A stretch of DNA of 64,000 nucleotides, taken from Candidatus Multivoradales bacterium. Its GTDB lineage: Bacteria; Acidobacteriota; Thermoanaerobaculia; Multivoradales; JAHEKO01. Within the stretch, counting starts at the first letter, position 1; every line of letters begins with the position of its first letter. Of this stretch, positions 53,420-63,676 are shown in pieces. The notes under the pieces were generated by a model. It had not been told where the DNA came from, did not search any database, and saw only the letters and a program-made list of their open reading frames with translations. The DNA lies in assembly GCA_965223855.1 (NCBI GenBank), contig CBDCXM010000008.1:192001-256000 (forward strand). The letters run 5' to 3'. A program made the position numbers and the translations under genes.

Positions 53420-53890
53420 CTACCAGCGGTAGTGGGCGAATGCCTTGTTGGCATCGGCCATACGGTGGGTATCCTCACGCTTCTTCATGGCTGCGCCGCG
53501 GCGCTCCGCGGCATCCATCAGCTCGCCGGCGAGCTTCTGGCGCATCGTCTTCTCACTGCGACTCTTGGCGGCGGCGATCAGCCAGCGGAACGACAGCGCC
53601 AGCCGTCGCCCGGGCCGCACCTCGACCGGCACCTGATAGGTCGAACCGCCGACGCGACGCGACTTGACCTCGACCGCCGGCTTCACGTTCTCGATCGCCT
53701 GCTTGAAGATCACCATCGGGTCGTCGCCCTTCTTCTCGCGGATCTCCTCGAGCGCGTCATAGAGGATGCGCTCGGCGACCGTCTTCTTCCCGTCCTTCAT
53801 GACGACGTTGATGAATTTCGTCAGGAGCTGCGAGTTGTAGACCGGATCCGGCAGGATCTCTCGCTTCTGGGCCTTGATTCGTCTCGACAT
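53420..53890 (-). CDS. rpsG: 30S ribosomal protein S7
   Basis: [12 protein letters not shown] and [10 protein letters not shown]. Confidence 0.98.
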   Translation of the reverse strand: MSRRIKAQKREILPDPVYNSQLLTKFINVVMKDGKKTVAERILYDALEEIREKKGDDPMVIFKQAIENVKPAVEVKSRRVGGSTYQVPVEVRPGRRLALSFRWLIAAAKSRSEKTMRQKLAGELMDAAERRGAAMKKREDTHRMADANKAFAHYRW

Positions 53891-53917
53891 CGGTCTGCCT
53901 TCTCTCTACCTGTCCCG

Positions 53918-54295
53918 CTACTGGGCCTTGGGGCGCTTGGCGCCGTACTTGGACCGGCTCTGCCGCCGCGCCTCGACACCGACGGCGTCGAGCGTTCCGC
54001 GAACGACGTGATACCGCACCCCGGGAAGGTCCTTCACACGACCGCCGCGGATGAGCACGATCGAGTGCTCCTGCAGGTTGTGGCCCACCCCGGGAATGTA
54101 GGTCGTCACCTCGATGCCGTTGGTGAGGCGGACGCGGGCGACCTTGCGGAGCGCCGAGTTCGGCTTCTTCGGCGTCTGGGTGTAAACGCGTACGCACACG
54201 CCACGCTTCTGCGGTGACGCCTGCAGAGCAGGACTCTTCGTCTTCGAGACGAGCTTCTTGCGCCCCTTGCGGACGAGCTGATGAATGGTTGGCAT
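53918..54295 (-). CDS. rpsL: 30S ribosomal protein S12
   Basis: [20 protein letters not shown] and [10 protein letters not shown]. Confidence 0.98.
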   Translation of the reverse strand: MPTIHQLVRKGRKKLVSKTKSPALQASPQKRGVCVRVYTQTPKKPNSALRKVARVRLTNGIEVTTYIPGVGHNLQEHSIVLIRGGRVKDLPGVRYHVVRGTLDAVGVEARRQSRSKYGAKRPKAQ

Positions 54296-54362
54296 CCGGT
54301 GACTCCTGGTTCTTCTGAATCGCGCAGTCGTGCCTGCAGAACGTCGAGGTTGCTCCGCCGGC

Positions 54363-54405
54363 AAAAAAAACAAACCCCTGCCCCCGACGGGCTACTGAGG
54401 TTTGT
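54363..54405 (-). terminator. Terminator-like hairpin in the rpsL leader
   Basis: ACAAACCTC...GGGGTTTGT stem followed by a T run on the minus strand. Confidence 0.55.
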
Positions 54406-54469
54406 CTGTAATTGATGGGAGCCCAGGCGGGTCCTCTACCTCTGGAGGACCACTAGGCGGAACCGGCGA

Positions 54470-54499
54470 ATAGTACTCAAGCGCCGGACGCCGCGTCAA
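54470..54499 (-). promoter_or_regulatory. Sigma70-type promoter of the str operon
   Basis: TTGACG-N18-TACTAT. Confidence 0.6.
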
Positions 54500-54503
54500 C
54501 CCC

Positions 54504-56612
54504 TCAGGGTACGTCGACTGCCCCGTCCCCTGGGCGCGTTTCCGGGTCGGCTGTCCGCGCCCGACCGCGAAGACGCCAACGCTCGAGCACTGCGACCGCC
54601 CTGTCGGAGGCGAGTTCCGGCGGACCGGTGATCTCCCAGGCGAGTGGAGCCCCCGCCTCGAATCCACTCCCGGGTTCGAGCTTGTCCGTCAGGAACTCGA
54701 GGTCTCCGGCATGAACCGCCCCGGCGTACATCGGCCGCGACTGCCCCTCCACCCTCAAGGATGCGGCAGGAGCGCCTCCCACGGCCGGCAGAGCGATCCG
54801 AATCGACAGCGCCTCGTCCGAAGGACCGATGGCATCGGCAGCCAGGCGCCGGCAGACCAGCCCCTCCTCCAGCTCCCTCTCGGCGATGCAACGCTCCCAC
54901 CGGAGCGGTTCCGGAGCAGCGAGCTTGCGGCGAGGCCTGCGGACAGCCAGCAGTGAAGGCCCGCGGTGGCGAAAGGGTGCCGGCTCGAAGGTCGCCCGCA
55001 GCTCCTCCCGGAAGCGATGGACGCGACGCTCGAGATCGGTCTCCGACCCGGCACCGGGGCTCTGATCCTCCGACCGGCGATCCTCCGACCGGCGATCCTC
55101 GGCCCACAGCCACACCTCGCCGTCGAGCCGATCGAGCCACTCCCTGTCGGAGGTCAAGTAGCCGGCGACCTCGACCAGGGCGCTGCTGCCGTCGGCGAAG
55201 CGCTCGTGTCCGAACCAGGCCGGCCGACCGATCGCGTGCCGCTCGACGGCCACCAGACGACCCTCCGGCGAGAGAAGCCCCTTCTCCAGGAAGCGAACCG
55301 CAGCGTCGAGCGTCGTCGGGATAACACTGTTGTAGGCGTAGCCGACGCCTCGCCAGGCGAGTGGGATGACGAGCAGCAAGGCGGCGCTCGCGACAAGAGG
55401 AGCGCGAGCGCCCGTCAGGCGGCGCGAAGCCGCTCGTAAGCCCTCTATGACCGGCGCCGCCACCAGGAGGCACGCCACCGGAACCAGCGGCAGGAAGTTG
55501 TTCGGTTTGAAGTAGGCGGTGGTCCAGGCGTAGCTCCCTGTCCAGATGAGCGGCAGGCTCAGCAGCAAGGCGGTCGCCGCTCCTGACCGCAGGCCGGGGA
55601 AGCCGCGCACGAGCGCCACGACGACGCCGAGCGTCATCGCCAGACCGGCGGCACCGCCGATGGCGATGCCGAGCGTGAAGTCGTCGCGCAGGAACTCGAG
55701 GACCCTTGCCGGCAAGGCGAGCTTCGTCATTCCAGCGAGCTCGGCGCGACCGGCATAGTCCCGGCCGAGGCTGCCGAGCCAGTTGAGATAGCTCCTCCAG
55801 TAGGGGTTGAGCGCGACGAAGAAGGCGCAGCTCGAGACTGCGGCGATCCCGAGACCGAAGATCGTCCTCCACGGCCGCTCCCCGCTGCGAGCGGCCGTCA
55901 GCGCCGCGACGAACGCGGCCGCGGCGACCGAGACCGCTACGGCCGCCCCCGTGAGCTTGCTGCTCATCGCCAGCGCAATCCCCAACCCGACGAGCACCCA
56001 TCGGCCGGGTCTGAGTGCTCGACCGCCGCGGCTGCGAGGCTCCGGCGGCTCCAGAGCCCGTGCCGCCCACAGCAGGGCGAGGAGCACCATCGCGGTCAAC
56101 TGCGCGTCCGGCTTGAAGTAGCCGGAAGCGTGCACGTGCCACGGGACGAAGGCGAGCCACCCGGCCGCCAGCAGCCCGACCTCGGGCGAGGCGACCCTGC
56201 GCGCCAGGAGATAGACGAGCCACAGCGCCAGGGCGCCGTAGAGACACTGCAGCCAGCGGCAGAGCAGGTAGGTCGCGGGAGCCGAGCGCCCCGGGCCCTT
56301 CGCCGTCCGCAGGCTCTCGAAGCCGGTGATTCGATGGAGCGCGTCGCTCGCCATCACCAGGAGCGCCGGCGGCACGTTGAACAGCGGGTACGGGTAGTAG
56401 GTGCTCGCCGGCTCGAGGGTGCCCAGCGCAACGATCGAGCGCACGTTGCGGAGGCTGAAGCGTTCGTCCTCGAAACGGCCGTGGCGCGGGCCGTAGCTGG
56501 CGAAGAAGAGCCGCAGGGCGAGGCCGGCGAGCACGATCGTCACCAGGACGACCCGATGCCAACGCCGATCCGGCGCCACGGTCGGCACCTCGGTTGTCGA
56601 ACTCATGCCCAT
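54504..56612 (-). CDS. GT-C fold membrane glycosyltransferase (PMT/ArnT-like)
   Basis: N-terminal TM helix then FEDE, YPYP, KPD and SSKL motifs, many TM helices, periplasmic C-terminal region. Confidence 0.78.
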   Translation of the reverse strand: MGMSSTTEVPTVAPDRRWHRVVLVTIVLAGLALRLFFASYGPRHGRFEDERFSLRNVRSIVALGTLEPASTYYPYPLFNVPPALLVMASDALHRITGFESLRTAKGPGRSAPATYLLCRWLQCLYGALALWLVYLLARRVASPEVGLLAAGWLAFVPWHVHASGYFKPDAQLTAMVLLALLWAARALEPPEPRSRGGRALRPGRWVLVGLGIALAMSSKLTGAAVAVSVAAAAFVAALTAARSGERPWRTIFGLGIAAVSSCAFFVALNPYWRSYLNWLGSLGRDYAGRAELAGMTKLALPARVLEFLRDDFTLGIAIGGAAGLAMTLGVVVALVRGFPGLRSGAATALLLSLPLIWTGSYAWTTAYFKPNNFLPLVPVACLLVAAPVIEGLRAASRRLTGARAPLVASAALLLVIPLAWRGVGYAYNSVIPTTLDAAVRFLEKGLLSPEGRLVAVERHAIGRPAWFGHERFADGSSALVEVAGYLTSDREWLDRLDGEVWLWAEDRRSEDRRSEDQSPGAGSETDLERRVHRFREELRATFEPAPFRHRGPSLLAVRRPRRKLAAPEPLRWERCIAERELEEGLVCRRLAADAIGPSDEALSIRIALPAVGGAPAASLRVEGQSRPMYAGAVHAGDLEFLTDKLEPGSGFEAGAPLAWEITGPPELASDRAVAVLERWRLRGRARTADPETRPGDGAVDVP
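55064..55100. repeat. 15-bp in-frame tandem repeat (EDRRS)
   Basis: GATCCTCCGACCGGC x2.5. Confidence 0.75.
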
Positions 56613-56674
56613 GCGGCGGCCAGTCTAAGCCCGTTGCAGGCGTGCGCCTCCCGGCGATCTCCTAGAATCCGCTC

Positions 56675-58333
56675 GTGGCCCGCCCCGCTCCAATCCAGGC
56701 CTCGATCCAGGCCTCAATCCACGCTGTCCTGATGTTGACGGCGGCTGCCGTCGGCTGCTCCCGCCCCCTCCCCGAGGCCTTCGTCGACGTCTCGCGAGAG
56801 ACCGGCCTCGAGTTCGTCCACGACAACGGCAGCATCGGTGAGCGCTACTTCAGCGAAGTCGTCGGACCGGGTGCCGCCTGGACGGACTACGACGGTGACG
56901 GCGATCTCGACCTCTATCTGGTGCAGGGGGGCAGCCTCGACCCGGCCGGCGATCCGGCCGAACGCCCGTCGGACGTGCTCCTGCGCAACGACGTCACGGC
57001 GGGCGGCCCGCGCTGGGTGGACGTCTCGGCCAGAGCCGGCATCGTCGAGCACGGCTACGGCATGGGGATCGCCGCCGGCGACATCGACGGCGACGGCGAC
57101 GTCGATCTCTATGTCACCAACTTCGGCCGCAACCTCCTGTGGAGCAATGCCGGCGACGGGACGTTCGTCGATACGACCACTCCGACACTCGCGGAGCCGC
57201 GCTGGACGACGAGTGCCGCCTTCCTGGACTACGACGGCGACGGCGACCTCGACCTCTTCGCCGCCAACTACGTCGAATACCGCCTCGCGCAGCACCGGCC
57301 GTGCCTCAACGCGGCCGGAGCGATCGAGTACTGCGGTCCCGCGAGTTTCCCGCCGGAGACCGACCGCTTGTGGCGCAACGACGGCACAGGCGGCTTCGAG
57401 GACGTCACCGGCCAGGCCGGTCTTCTGGGTCATGCCGGCAGCGGGCTCGGTGTCGTCAGCGCCGACTTCGACGGCAACGGCCTGCCCGACCTCTACGTGG
57501 CCAACGACCTGATGCCGAACTTCCTGTGGATCAACCAGGGGGACGGCTCCTTTCGTGAGGACGCGCTGCTCGCCGGCTGCGCGGTCAACGAGCAGGGCGC
57601 TCCGGAGGCGAGCATGGGGGTGGCGGTCGCCGACTTCGACCGGGACGGCGACGAGGACCTCTTCATGACCCACCTCGACACCGAGACCAACACCGCCTAC
57701 GCCAACGACCGCGGTCTCTTCACCGACGTTTCCAACGAGTGGGGGCTGACGGTCCCTTCGCTCGGGCTCACCGGCTTCGGCACAGTCGCTCTCGACTACG
57801 ACAGCGACGGCTGGATCGACCTCGCCGCGGCCAACGGTGCGGTCAAGACGCTCCCGGACCAGCGTGCTGCCGGCGATCCGCTGCCGCTGCGGGAGCCCAA
57901 CCTGTTGCTGCGGAACGAAGCCGGAAGCTTCGTCGACCGCACCGAGACGGCACCGGTGCTGCTCGAGAAAGACGTGAGCCGCGGACTCGCGGCGGGAGAC
58001 TTCGACAACGACGGCGATACGGACCTGGTTGTGCTCAACAACGGCGGCCGAGCGATGCTCCTGCGCAACGAGGCCAAAGACGGCTTCGACTGGGCCGGAG
58101 TCGAGCTGATCCCGGGCGCCGGTGCCCCCGCGCTGGGAGCCGAAGTCCGGCGTTCCGGCGAAGATCTATCGATCGCCACCGTGCGCAGCGCCGCGAGCTA
58201 CTGCTCGGCCCAGGACACCCGTCTGCGGCTGGGTGGGCAGATCTCCGGCACCGAGCTGACCCTGGGACGGACCGGCCGCCGGCCGTTGCGTCTCTCGCAG
58301 ACACCTGCGCACCGCTACCTGAGATTCCCGTGA
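56675..58333 (+). CDS. CRTAC1-family (FG-GAP/VCBS repeat, ASPIC/UnbV-like) lipoprotein
   Basis: Repeated DxDGDGDxDL motifs, ASMGV, SRGLAAGDFDNDG; AAVGC lipobox. Confidence 0.88.
   Translation: MARPAPIQASIQASIHAVLMLTAAAVGCSRPLPEAFVDVSRETGLEFVHDNGSIGERYFSEVVGPGAAWTDYDGDGDLDLYLVQGGSLDPAGDPAERPSDVLLRNDVTAGGPRWVDVSARAGIVEHGYGMGIAAGDIDGDGDVDLYVTNFGRNLLWSNAGDGTFVDTTTPTLAEPRWTTSAAFLDYDGDGDLDLFAANYVEYRLAQHRPCLNAAGAIEYCGPASFPPETDRLWRNDGTGGFEDVTGQAGLLGHAGSGLGVVSADFDGNGLPDLYVANDLMPNFLWINQGDGSFREDALLAGCAVNEQGAPEASMGVAVADFDRDGDEDLFMTHLDTETNTAYANDRGLFTDVSNEWGLTVPSLGLTGFGTVALDYDSDGWIDLAAANGAVKTLPDQRAAGDPLPLREPNLLLRNEAGSFVDRTETAPVLLEKDVSRGLAAGDFDNDGDTDLVVLNNGGRAMLLRNEAKDGFDWAGVELIPGAGAPALGAEVRRSGEDLSIATVRSAASYCSAQDTRLRLGGQISGTELTLGRTGRRPLRLSQTPAHRYLRFP
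56693..56721. repeat. 12-bp in-frame tandem repeat (IQAS)
   Basis: ATCCAGGCCTC(G/A) x2.4. Confidence 0.65.
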
Positions 58334-60045
58334 ACTCGCGCACTCTAGTTGCCGGGGCAGTCCTCGCTGCCACTCTCGGCTGCGCAGATGAAGGCGTGGA
58401 TTCGCTCCGCCTCCCGGTCGGCATCGCAGAGGCGGAAGCGGGAATCCGGGACGATCTCGAGCGCGGTCACGCCGCCGCGATCGCCGCCCTCGGGGATCCC
58501 GAGAACGACGACGTGAATCGCGCGGCGAGCGTCGGTGACTACGGGGTCTCACTCCTGGCCCACGGCTTCTTCCAGCAGGCGACAGAGAGCTTCGCGCTCG
58601 CACGACAGCTCGACCCCGGTGAGTTTCAGTGGCACTATTTCTTCGGGCATGCCGCGCGCCGCACCGGCGACGCCGAAGCGGCGACCGAAGGCTTCACCGC
58701 CGCCCTCGCGGCCGACCCCTTCAGCCTGCCTGCGAAGCTGTGGCGGGCCGAAACTCTCCTCCATCGCGAGCGACTCGACGAGGCCGAGGAAGACTTCCGG
58801 AGGGCCCTCGAACAGGATCCGTACTGCGGCCAGGCATTCACCGGCCTCGGCAAGATCGAACTGTCTCGCGGCGACTTCGAGAGAGCCGAGCCGCTGCTGC
58901 GCCAGGCGCTCGAACATCAGCCCAGGTCGCCGCGCGCCCGCTACAGCCTGGCACTCGCTCTTCGAGGCCAGGGGCGCACCGAGGAGGCGCGACGCGAGTT
59001 CTCACGACTCGAGGGCGAGAACTACTCGCTCACGCTGACCTGCTTCGAGGATCCCTGGATCACCCGGATGCGGCGACGCCAGACCGGAACGCGGAGCCAT
59101 CAGGATCGGGCCATGCAGGCGATGGAGCGAGGCCTGCCCGCCACGGCACTCGTCGAGTTGCAGGCGGCGGTCAGGGCCAATCCGAACCGCTACCCCGCGC
59201 GCGTCGACATCGCCGGCCTCCTCGCCCGGCTGGGCCGGATCGAAGAGGCGAAAGAGGAATTGCGGACGCTCCTCGAAGCCAGACCCGAGTACCCGGCGGC
59301 TCTCCTCATGCTCGCGCAGCTCTCGCTCGACGAAGGTGACCTCGAAAGCGCAGAGCGGTTCGCGACTCGCGCGATCGCTGCTGATCCCGAGGCCGAGGCG
59401 CACCACGAAGTCTCCGGTTCGATCGCGCTGGCGCGGCAAGACTGGCACGCGGCTCTGGAGGCGTTCGATCGTTCCCTCACGCTCGACCCCGCCTCCCGCC
59501 GCTCCCTGCTCGGGAAGGCAGAGGCGGTCTACCGGATCCACGGGGCGGACGCGGCCTACGAGGGGCTCCTGACGGCACAGCGAGGCCTCGGAGCCGGAGC
59601 CCGAAGTCTCGCAGCCTCGGGCCGCCTCGATGACTCGGGCCTCGGGAACTCGCACCAGGCCGGCTCGAGCACCGGAGACGAGCTGTCGAGCGCCCTCGCT
59701 CTTCTGGCCCTCGAAGCCGATCGCCCGCTCGCCGAAGCCCTCGATCATGCGCGACGAGGCAACCGCGAGCCGTCGGTGATCGGGTCCGCCGTACTGGCGA
59801 AGGTCCTCTCGCTCGCCGGCGACCTGAGCGCTGCGCTCGAGTGGCAGCGGCGCGCGCTCGACTCGGTGCCCGGAGGTCTGCGGTTCGCAGACCAGCGGCA
59901 ACGACTCGTCGAAGACCTCGCCCGCCTCGAGGCCGGTCGCGCGACCGGGATAGAGTTCTCCCTGGCCTCGTTCGGTGAACCGCTGGGACTGACCCGATCG
60001 AGCTCGCCTGCCCGGCCGGACGGAGGCCGGGAAGACGGCTCGTAG
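58330..60045 (+). CDS. TPR-repeat lipoprotein
   Basis: GTG start overlaps the CRTAC1 stop (GTGA); ATLGC lipobox; many TPR motifs. Confidence 0.85.
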   Translation: MNSRTLVAGAVLAATLGCADEGVDSLRLPVGIAEAEAGIRDDLERGHAAAIAALGDPENDDVNRAASVGDYGVSLLAHGFFQQATESFALARQLDPGEFQWHYFFGHAARRTGDAEAATEGFTAALAADPFSLPAKLWRAETLLHRERLDEAEEDFRRALEQDPYCGQAFTGLGKIELSRGDFERAEPLLRQALEHQPRSPRARYSLALALRGQGRTEEARREFSRLEGENYSLTLTCFEDPWITRMRRRQTGTRSHQDRAMQAMERGLPATALVELQAAVRANPNRYPARVDIAGLLARLGRIEEAKEELRTLLEARPEYPAALLMLAQLSLDEGDLESAERFATRAIAADPEAEAHHEVSGSIALARQDWHAALEAFDRSLTLDPASRRSLLGKAEAVYRIHGADAAYEGLLTAQRGLGAGARSLAASGRLDDSGLGNSHQAGSSTGDELSSALALLALEADRPLAEALDHARRGNREPSVIGSAVLAKVLSLAGDLSAALEWQRRALDSVPGGLRFADQRQRLVEDLARLEAGRATGIEFSLASFGEPLGLTRSSSPARPDGGREDGS

Positions 60046-60077
60046 AGAAGCCCGCCCCCAAGAGAAAACGGTCCTCG

Positions 60078-61925
60078 ATGACAGGAACCATGCCCGTTCG
60101 CCGCTCACTCCTTCACCTGCTGCCCGCCATCCTCGTCGGCTGCGCCGCTCCGTCCCCCGAAGGCGAGGTGCTCGCACGATATCCGGGCGGAGAGATCACG
60201 ACCTGGGAGTACCAGGCTCTCACCCGCCAGCGAGGCTCCCTCTCCCCCGAAGAGGGCCTCGCCCAGGCGGCGATGACCGAGCAGCTCGCGGCTGCCGCTC
60301 GGGAGGCCGGCCTCGATCGGGAGCCGGGCATCGCCCTTCAGCTTCACCGCATCGAAGACCAACCCTGGGTGGAGGCGTTGGAGGGGCGTGTCAGGAGCGA
60401 TCACCAGCCGACCGAGGAAGCGGTCCTCGAGTATCTCGACGAGCGCCGGCACCAGCTCGAGAAGCCCGAGAAGCGCCGGCTGTCGAATCTCTTCAAGCGC
60501 GTTCCGGAGGACAGCACCCCGGAGGAACGTGAGGCGGTAAGGAGCCTCATGCAGGCGCTACGGGACCGGATCATCGCCGGAGAGGAGTTCTCGGCTCTCG
60601 CGCGTGCCGAGTCCGAGGGCGTCAACAGGCATCGTGGTGGTCGGATGGGGGCGGTGCCGAAGGGCCAGTTGAGGAAGGACGTCGAGGACGTCGCATTCGC
60701 ACTCGAGGTCGGCGAGGTCAGCCCGGTGCTGCCGATCCCTCAGGGATTCGTCCTGCTCACCTGCACCGAGGTCCTCCCGCCGACGACCCTTTCGGAGGAG
60801 GAGGCGATCGAGCGGATCCGGGCGGCACTCGGCCGTTGGAACTTCGAGGACGCGATCGAGGCACTCCGCGCCGAGCTGCTGGAGGCTGGTGCGACGCTGG
60901 CCGAACCGAAGGAGATCGAGGCGGCGGATGCCGGCACGGTGATCGCGACCGTCGAAGGACGAGAGGTCACCTACGGCGCCGTCGAGTCGATGCTCAGCTC
61001 CCACGGTGGCGCCACCCGACCAGCGACGCAGGACGGACCGACGCCGTTCCGCGTGCTGGCGGCGCTCGAACGCTACGCCTACCAGCGGCTCGCCGCGCAG
61101 CGGGCTCGCGAGATGGGGCTGGAGCCGTCGGCCGCCGATCTTGTCCGTTCCGAGGCCGCCGCCGATCGTATGCTGGCTCTCGCCGAACTGACCCGACGCG
61201 CGAGCGACTCCGGAATCGAGGCGACAGAGGCGGAGGCCCTCGCCTACTACGAGAGCCAGCCGCGACGGTTCGCAGTGCCGGAGCGCCACGATGTGAGCGT
61301 GATCCAGCTCCGTCTCGACAGCACCGAGCCGGAGTTCCTGCGAGACCGCACGGAGCTGGCCTGGGAGGCGGTGCGCCGGATTCGCTCCGGGCGTGCGAGT
61401 TTCGCCCAGGTCGCGCGGGAGATCTCCGAGCATCCCTCAGCCGAGGACGGCGGGCAGCTCGGTCTCAAGCCGCGCCGCTGGGCGGCCGGACTGGGGCCCA
61501 ACGTCCTGGCCGCTTTCGACCCGCTGGGTCCCGGTGACATCACCGACCCGATTCGTCAGGACCACCTCTGGATCCTCGGCAAGGGGCATTCGGAGCCCGC
61601 CTACACCGTTGCGTGGGCGGAGGCCAGGGAGGCCGCACGCGCGAGCGTCGTCGAGGCCAAGCTGCAGCAGGCGAGCGCCCGACTCGAAGCCGAGCTGCGC
61701 AGTGAAGTGCTCGCGGAGCTCGAAATCGTGCAGCTGCCCGAGACGCTGCAGCTCCCCGCTCGGCGACGACCCGGGCAATTCCGGCGCGCGTCCGGGCAGA
61801 CAGAAGAGGGCGCGCCGGTCCGGTCAGGACGGCGGTCAGGACGGCGGTCAGGACGACAGTGCGGCCGGTATCACCGAGCCGCAGCCGGAATCCCCCAGCG
61901 CCTCAGGCGGCCGGTAGGCCGATGA
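60078..61925 (+). CDS. Parvulin (PpiC-type) peptidyl-prolyl isomerase lipoprotein with two rotamase domains
   Basis: FSALARAESE...GGRMG...F.LEVGEVSP and FAQVAREISEHPSAEDGGQLG; ILVGC lipobox. Confidence 0.83.
   Translation: MTGTMPVRRSLLHLLPAILVGCAAPSPEGEVLARYPGGEITTWEYQALTRQRGSLSPEEGLAQAAMTEQLAAAAREAGLDREPGIALQLHRIEDQPWVEALEGRVRSDHQPTEEAVLEYLDERRHQLEKPEKRRLSNLFKRVPEDSTPEEREAVRSLMQALRDRIIAGEEFSALARAESEGVNRHRGGRMGAVPKGQLRKDVEDVAFALEVGEVSPVLPIPQGFVLLTCTEVLPPTTLSEEEAIERIRAALGRWNFEDAIEALRAELLEAGATLAEPKEIEAADAGTVIATVEGREVTYGAVESMLSSHGGATRPATQDGPTPFRVLAALERYAYQRLAAQRAREMGLEPSAADLVRSEAAADRMLALAELTRRASDSGIEATEAEALAYYESQPRRFAVPERHDVSVIQLRLDSTEPEFLRDRTELAWEAVRRIRSGRASFAQVAREISEHPSAEDGGQLGLKPRRWAAGLGPNVLAAFDPLGPGDITDPIRQDHLWILGKGHSEPAYTVAWAEAREAARASVVEAKLQQASARLEAELRSEVLAELEIVQLPETLQLPARRRPGQFRRASGQTEEGAPVRSGRRSGRRSGRQCGRYHRAAAGIPQRLRRPVGR
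61821..61856. repeat. 12-bp tandem repeat
   Basis: CGGTCAGGACG(G/A) x3. Confidence 0.75.
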
Positions 61926-63654
61926 TCTCCCGCAGGTAGGCGTCGAGCGCGGCTTCGTGAAGCTCGAAGCCGTTGGCCGCGAGAAGTTCACTCGAGAACT
62001 CCTCGAACAGGGACTCTCCATGGGCCTCCAGGTACGCCTCGACCACCCTCTCCTCGACCTCGCCGAGAGCCGGCACCTCGAGCGGCCCCCGCTCGATCAC
62101 TTCGAACAGCTCGACTTCCCGCCCGTTCGAGTGAGGGTCGGAGAACTCACCGGCACCGACCGCGGCGAGGGAGCGACGGATGCCTCCCCCCTCCTCCACC
62201 AGCCGCTCTAGGGACGACCATTGCGGCGGCTCGACCGTTGCCCCGACCTCGGCGGCGAGGTCGGTCAGGGAGAGAGATCCGGACCTGAGTGCCGGAAGGG
62301 CCCTCACGAGATCCGTCATGATCCGACCGGCGTCGGCGTCGATCGGTCTGGCGAGCCGCCGGTAGCGCAACCGGGGCGACCCGGCAAACCTGGCCGCCTC
62401 GCGACCGAAGAACGCCTCGAGGGCAGCCCGGTCCTCCAGCACCCTGGTCTCGAGCTCCCGGGTGAGACCGAGATTGTAGAGCAGGGCGTTCCGTGATTCC
62501 TCGAGCACCGGCAGGAACTCTTCCTCCTCGAGAATACCGGCCTCGGCCGCCAGCACCGCCACCCGCTCCCTCCTCGCGCGGCCCACCAGCCACTCGTGAG
62601 CCCGCTCCGGCTGCGCGACGTCCAGGACCGATCCGGCGCCCTCGAGCTCCTCGGCGAGCTCCTCCGCAGTCAGCACCAGCCCGCCGACTCTCAGCACCAC
62701 CGCCATCGGATCACCGCCGACGAGCAACGCCGCCAGTTCCTCGGAGCTCGGCACGAAGTCGGCCGGCCCCGTCGGTCGGGACTCCACGAATTGCTGGACC
62801 GCCGCCTCCTGCCTCTGCTGCCAGAGCCGCTGTCGCACCGCGGAGCGAGACGTCTCGAGATTGGCCGGTTGCGCCTCGACGATCCGAGCCGCATAGAAGA
62901 GGTGCGCACCCGAAGCGGTCGTCATGACGTCGCTGGGGACAGCCTCCTCCAGGCCGAAGACGATTCGATCGAGATTCGGAGAAAGCTGGCCGGGAACCAC
63001 CCAACCGAGAGCGCCGTCACCCCGCTTGAGCTGGGACTCGGAGTGCTCGCGAGCGAGCAACGGAAACGGCGTTCCCGCGACAGCCCGATCTCGCAACTCC
63101 TGCGCGCGCACCAAGAGTTGAGCCCTGGACTCCCCCGGGCGGGGGCGCAGGAACAGGTGATAGACCTCCCGCCTCTCGGGCCGGGCGAAGGACTCGCGGT
63201 GCTCCTCGAAGTAGGACTCGACCTCCTCTGCCGACGGCGCCTCGACCTCCACCTCGCGGCGCAGATAGGTCGAGACCGCCAGCTGAGTTCGGGTCGCCTC
63301 CCATGTGGAAGCGTTCTCGGGGATCTCCAGCAGGCGGTCCTCACGACCCGATCGCACGACGATGTCCCTCACGGCGATTCGCCGCACCATCTCACCGACG
63401 AAGTCCCGCAACTCGCCGGGCGCCGAAGGTCGTGAATCCTCGGGAACCGCCAGCAGCGCCTGATCGAGGTCCGCCGCACTCACCGCACCGCCCCGATAGG
63501 AAGCCACTCCTTCCGGATCGCCGCCGCGCGGCGCACAGCCCCCCACCGCGAGGCCCAGGAGAGCCGCGGCGAAGGCGGAGGCGGTCCGTGTGCCGAGACG
63601 ATGGCGCCAGGAACCAGGGCGCGACGCACTGGGACGCAAGGTCTCGAGGCTCAA
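61903..63654 (-). CDS. Second parvulin-type PPIase lipoprotein (start uncertain: 63639, 63654 or 63789)
   Basis: HLFLR...FPLLAREHSE...GDGALGW...G.HL; AVGGC lipobox; degenerate second rotamase domain. Confidence 0.8.
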   Translation of the reverse strand: MSLETLRPSASRPGSWRHRLGTRTASAFAAALLGLAVGGCAPRGGDPEGVASYRGGAVSAADLDQALLAVPEDSRPSAPGELRDFVGEMVRRIAVRDIVVRSGREDRLLEIPENASTWEATRTQLAVSTYLRREVEVEAPSAEEVESYFEEHRESFARPERREVYHLFLRPRPGESRAQLLVRAQELRDRAVAGTPFPLLAREHSESQLKRGDGALGWVVPGQLSPNLDRIVFGLEEAVPSDVMTTASGAHLFYAARIVEAQPANLETSRSAVRQRLWQQRQEAAVQQFVESRPTGPADFVPSSEELAALLVGGDPMAVVLRVGGLVLTAEELAEELEGAGSVLDVAQPERAHEWLVGRARRERVAVLAAEAGILEEEEFLPVLEESRNALLYNLGLTRELETRVLEDRAALEAFFGREAARFAGSPRLRYRRLARPIDADAGRIMTDLVRALPALRSGSLSLTDLAAEVGATVEPPQWSSLERLVEEGGGIRRSLAAVGAGEFSDPHSNGREVELFEVIERGPLEVPALGEVEERVVEAYLEAHGESLFEEFSSELLAANGFELHEAALDAYLREIIGLPAA

Positions 63655-63676
63655 GGTGCTGCCCTTCCGTACACAC

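Noticed and set aside
61740-61925. Frameshift in the C-terminal tail of the first PPIase (alternative frame GQDGGQDGGQDD)
   Set aside because: Both frames give low-complexity tails ending within 8 nt of each other; the sequence alone cannot decide
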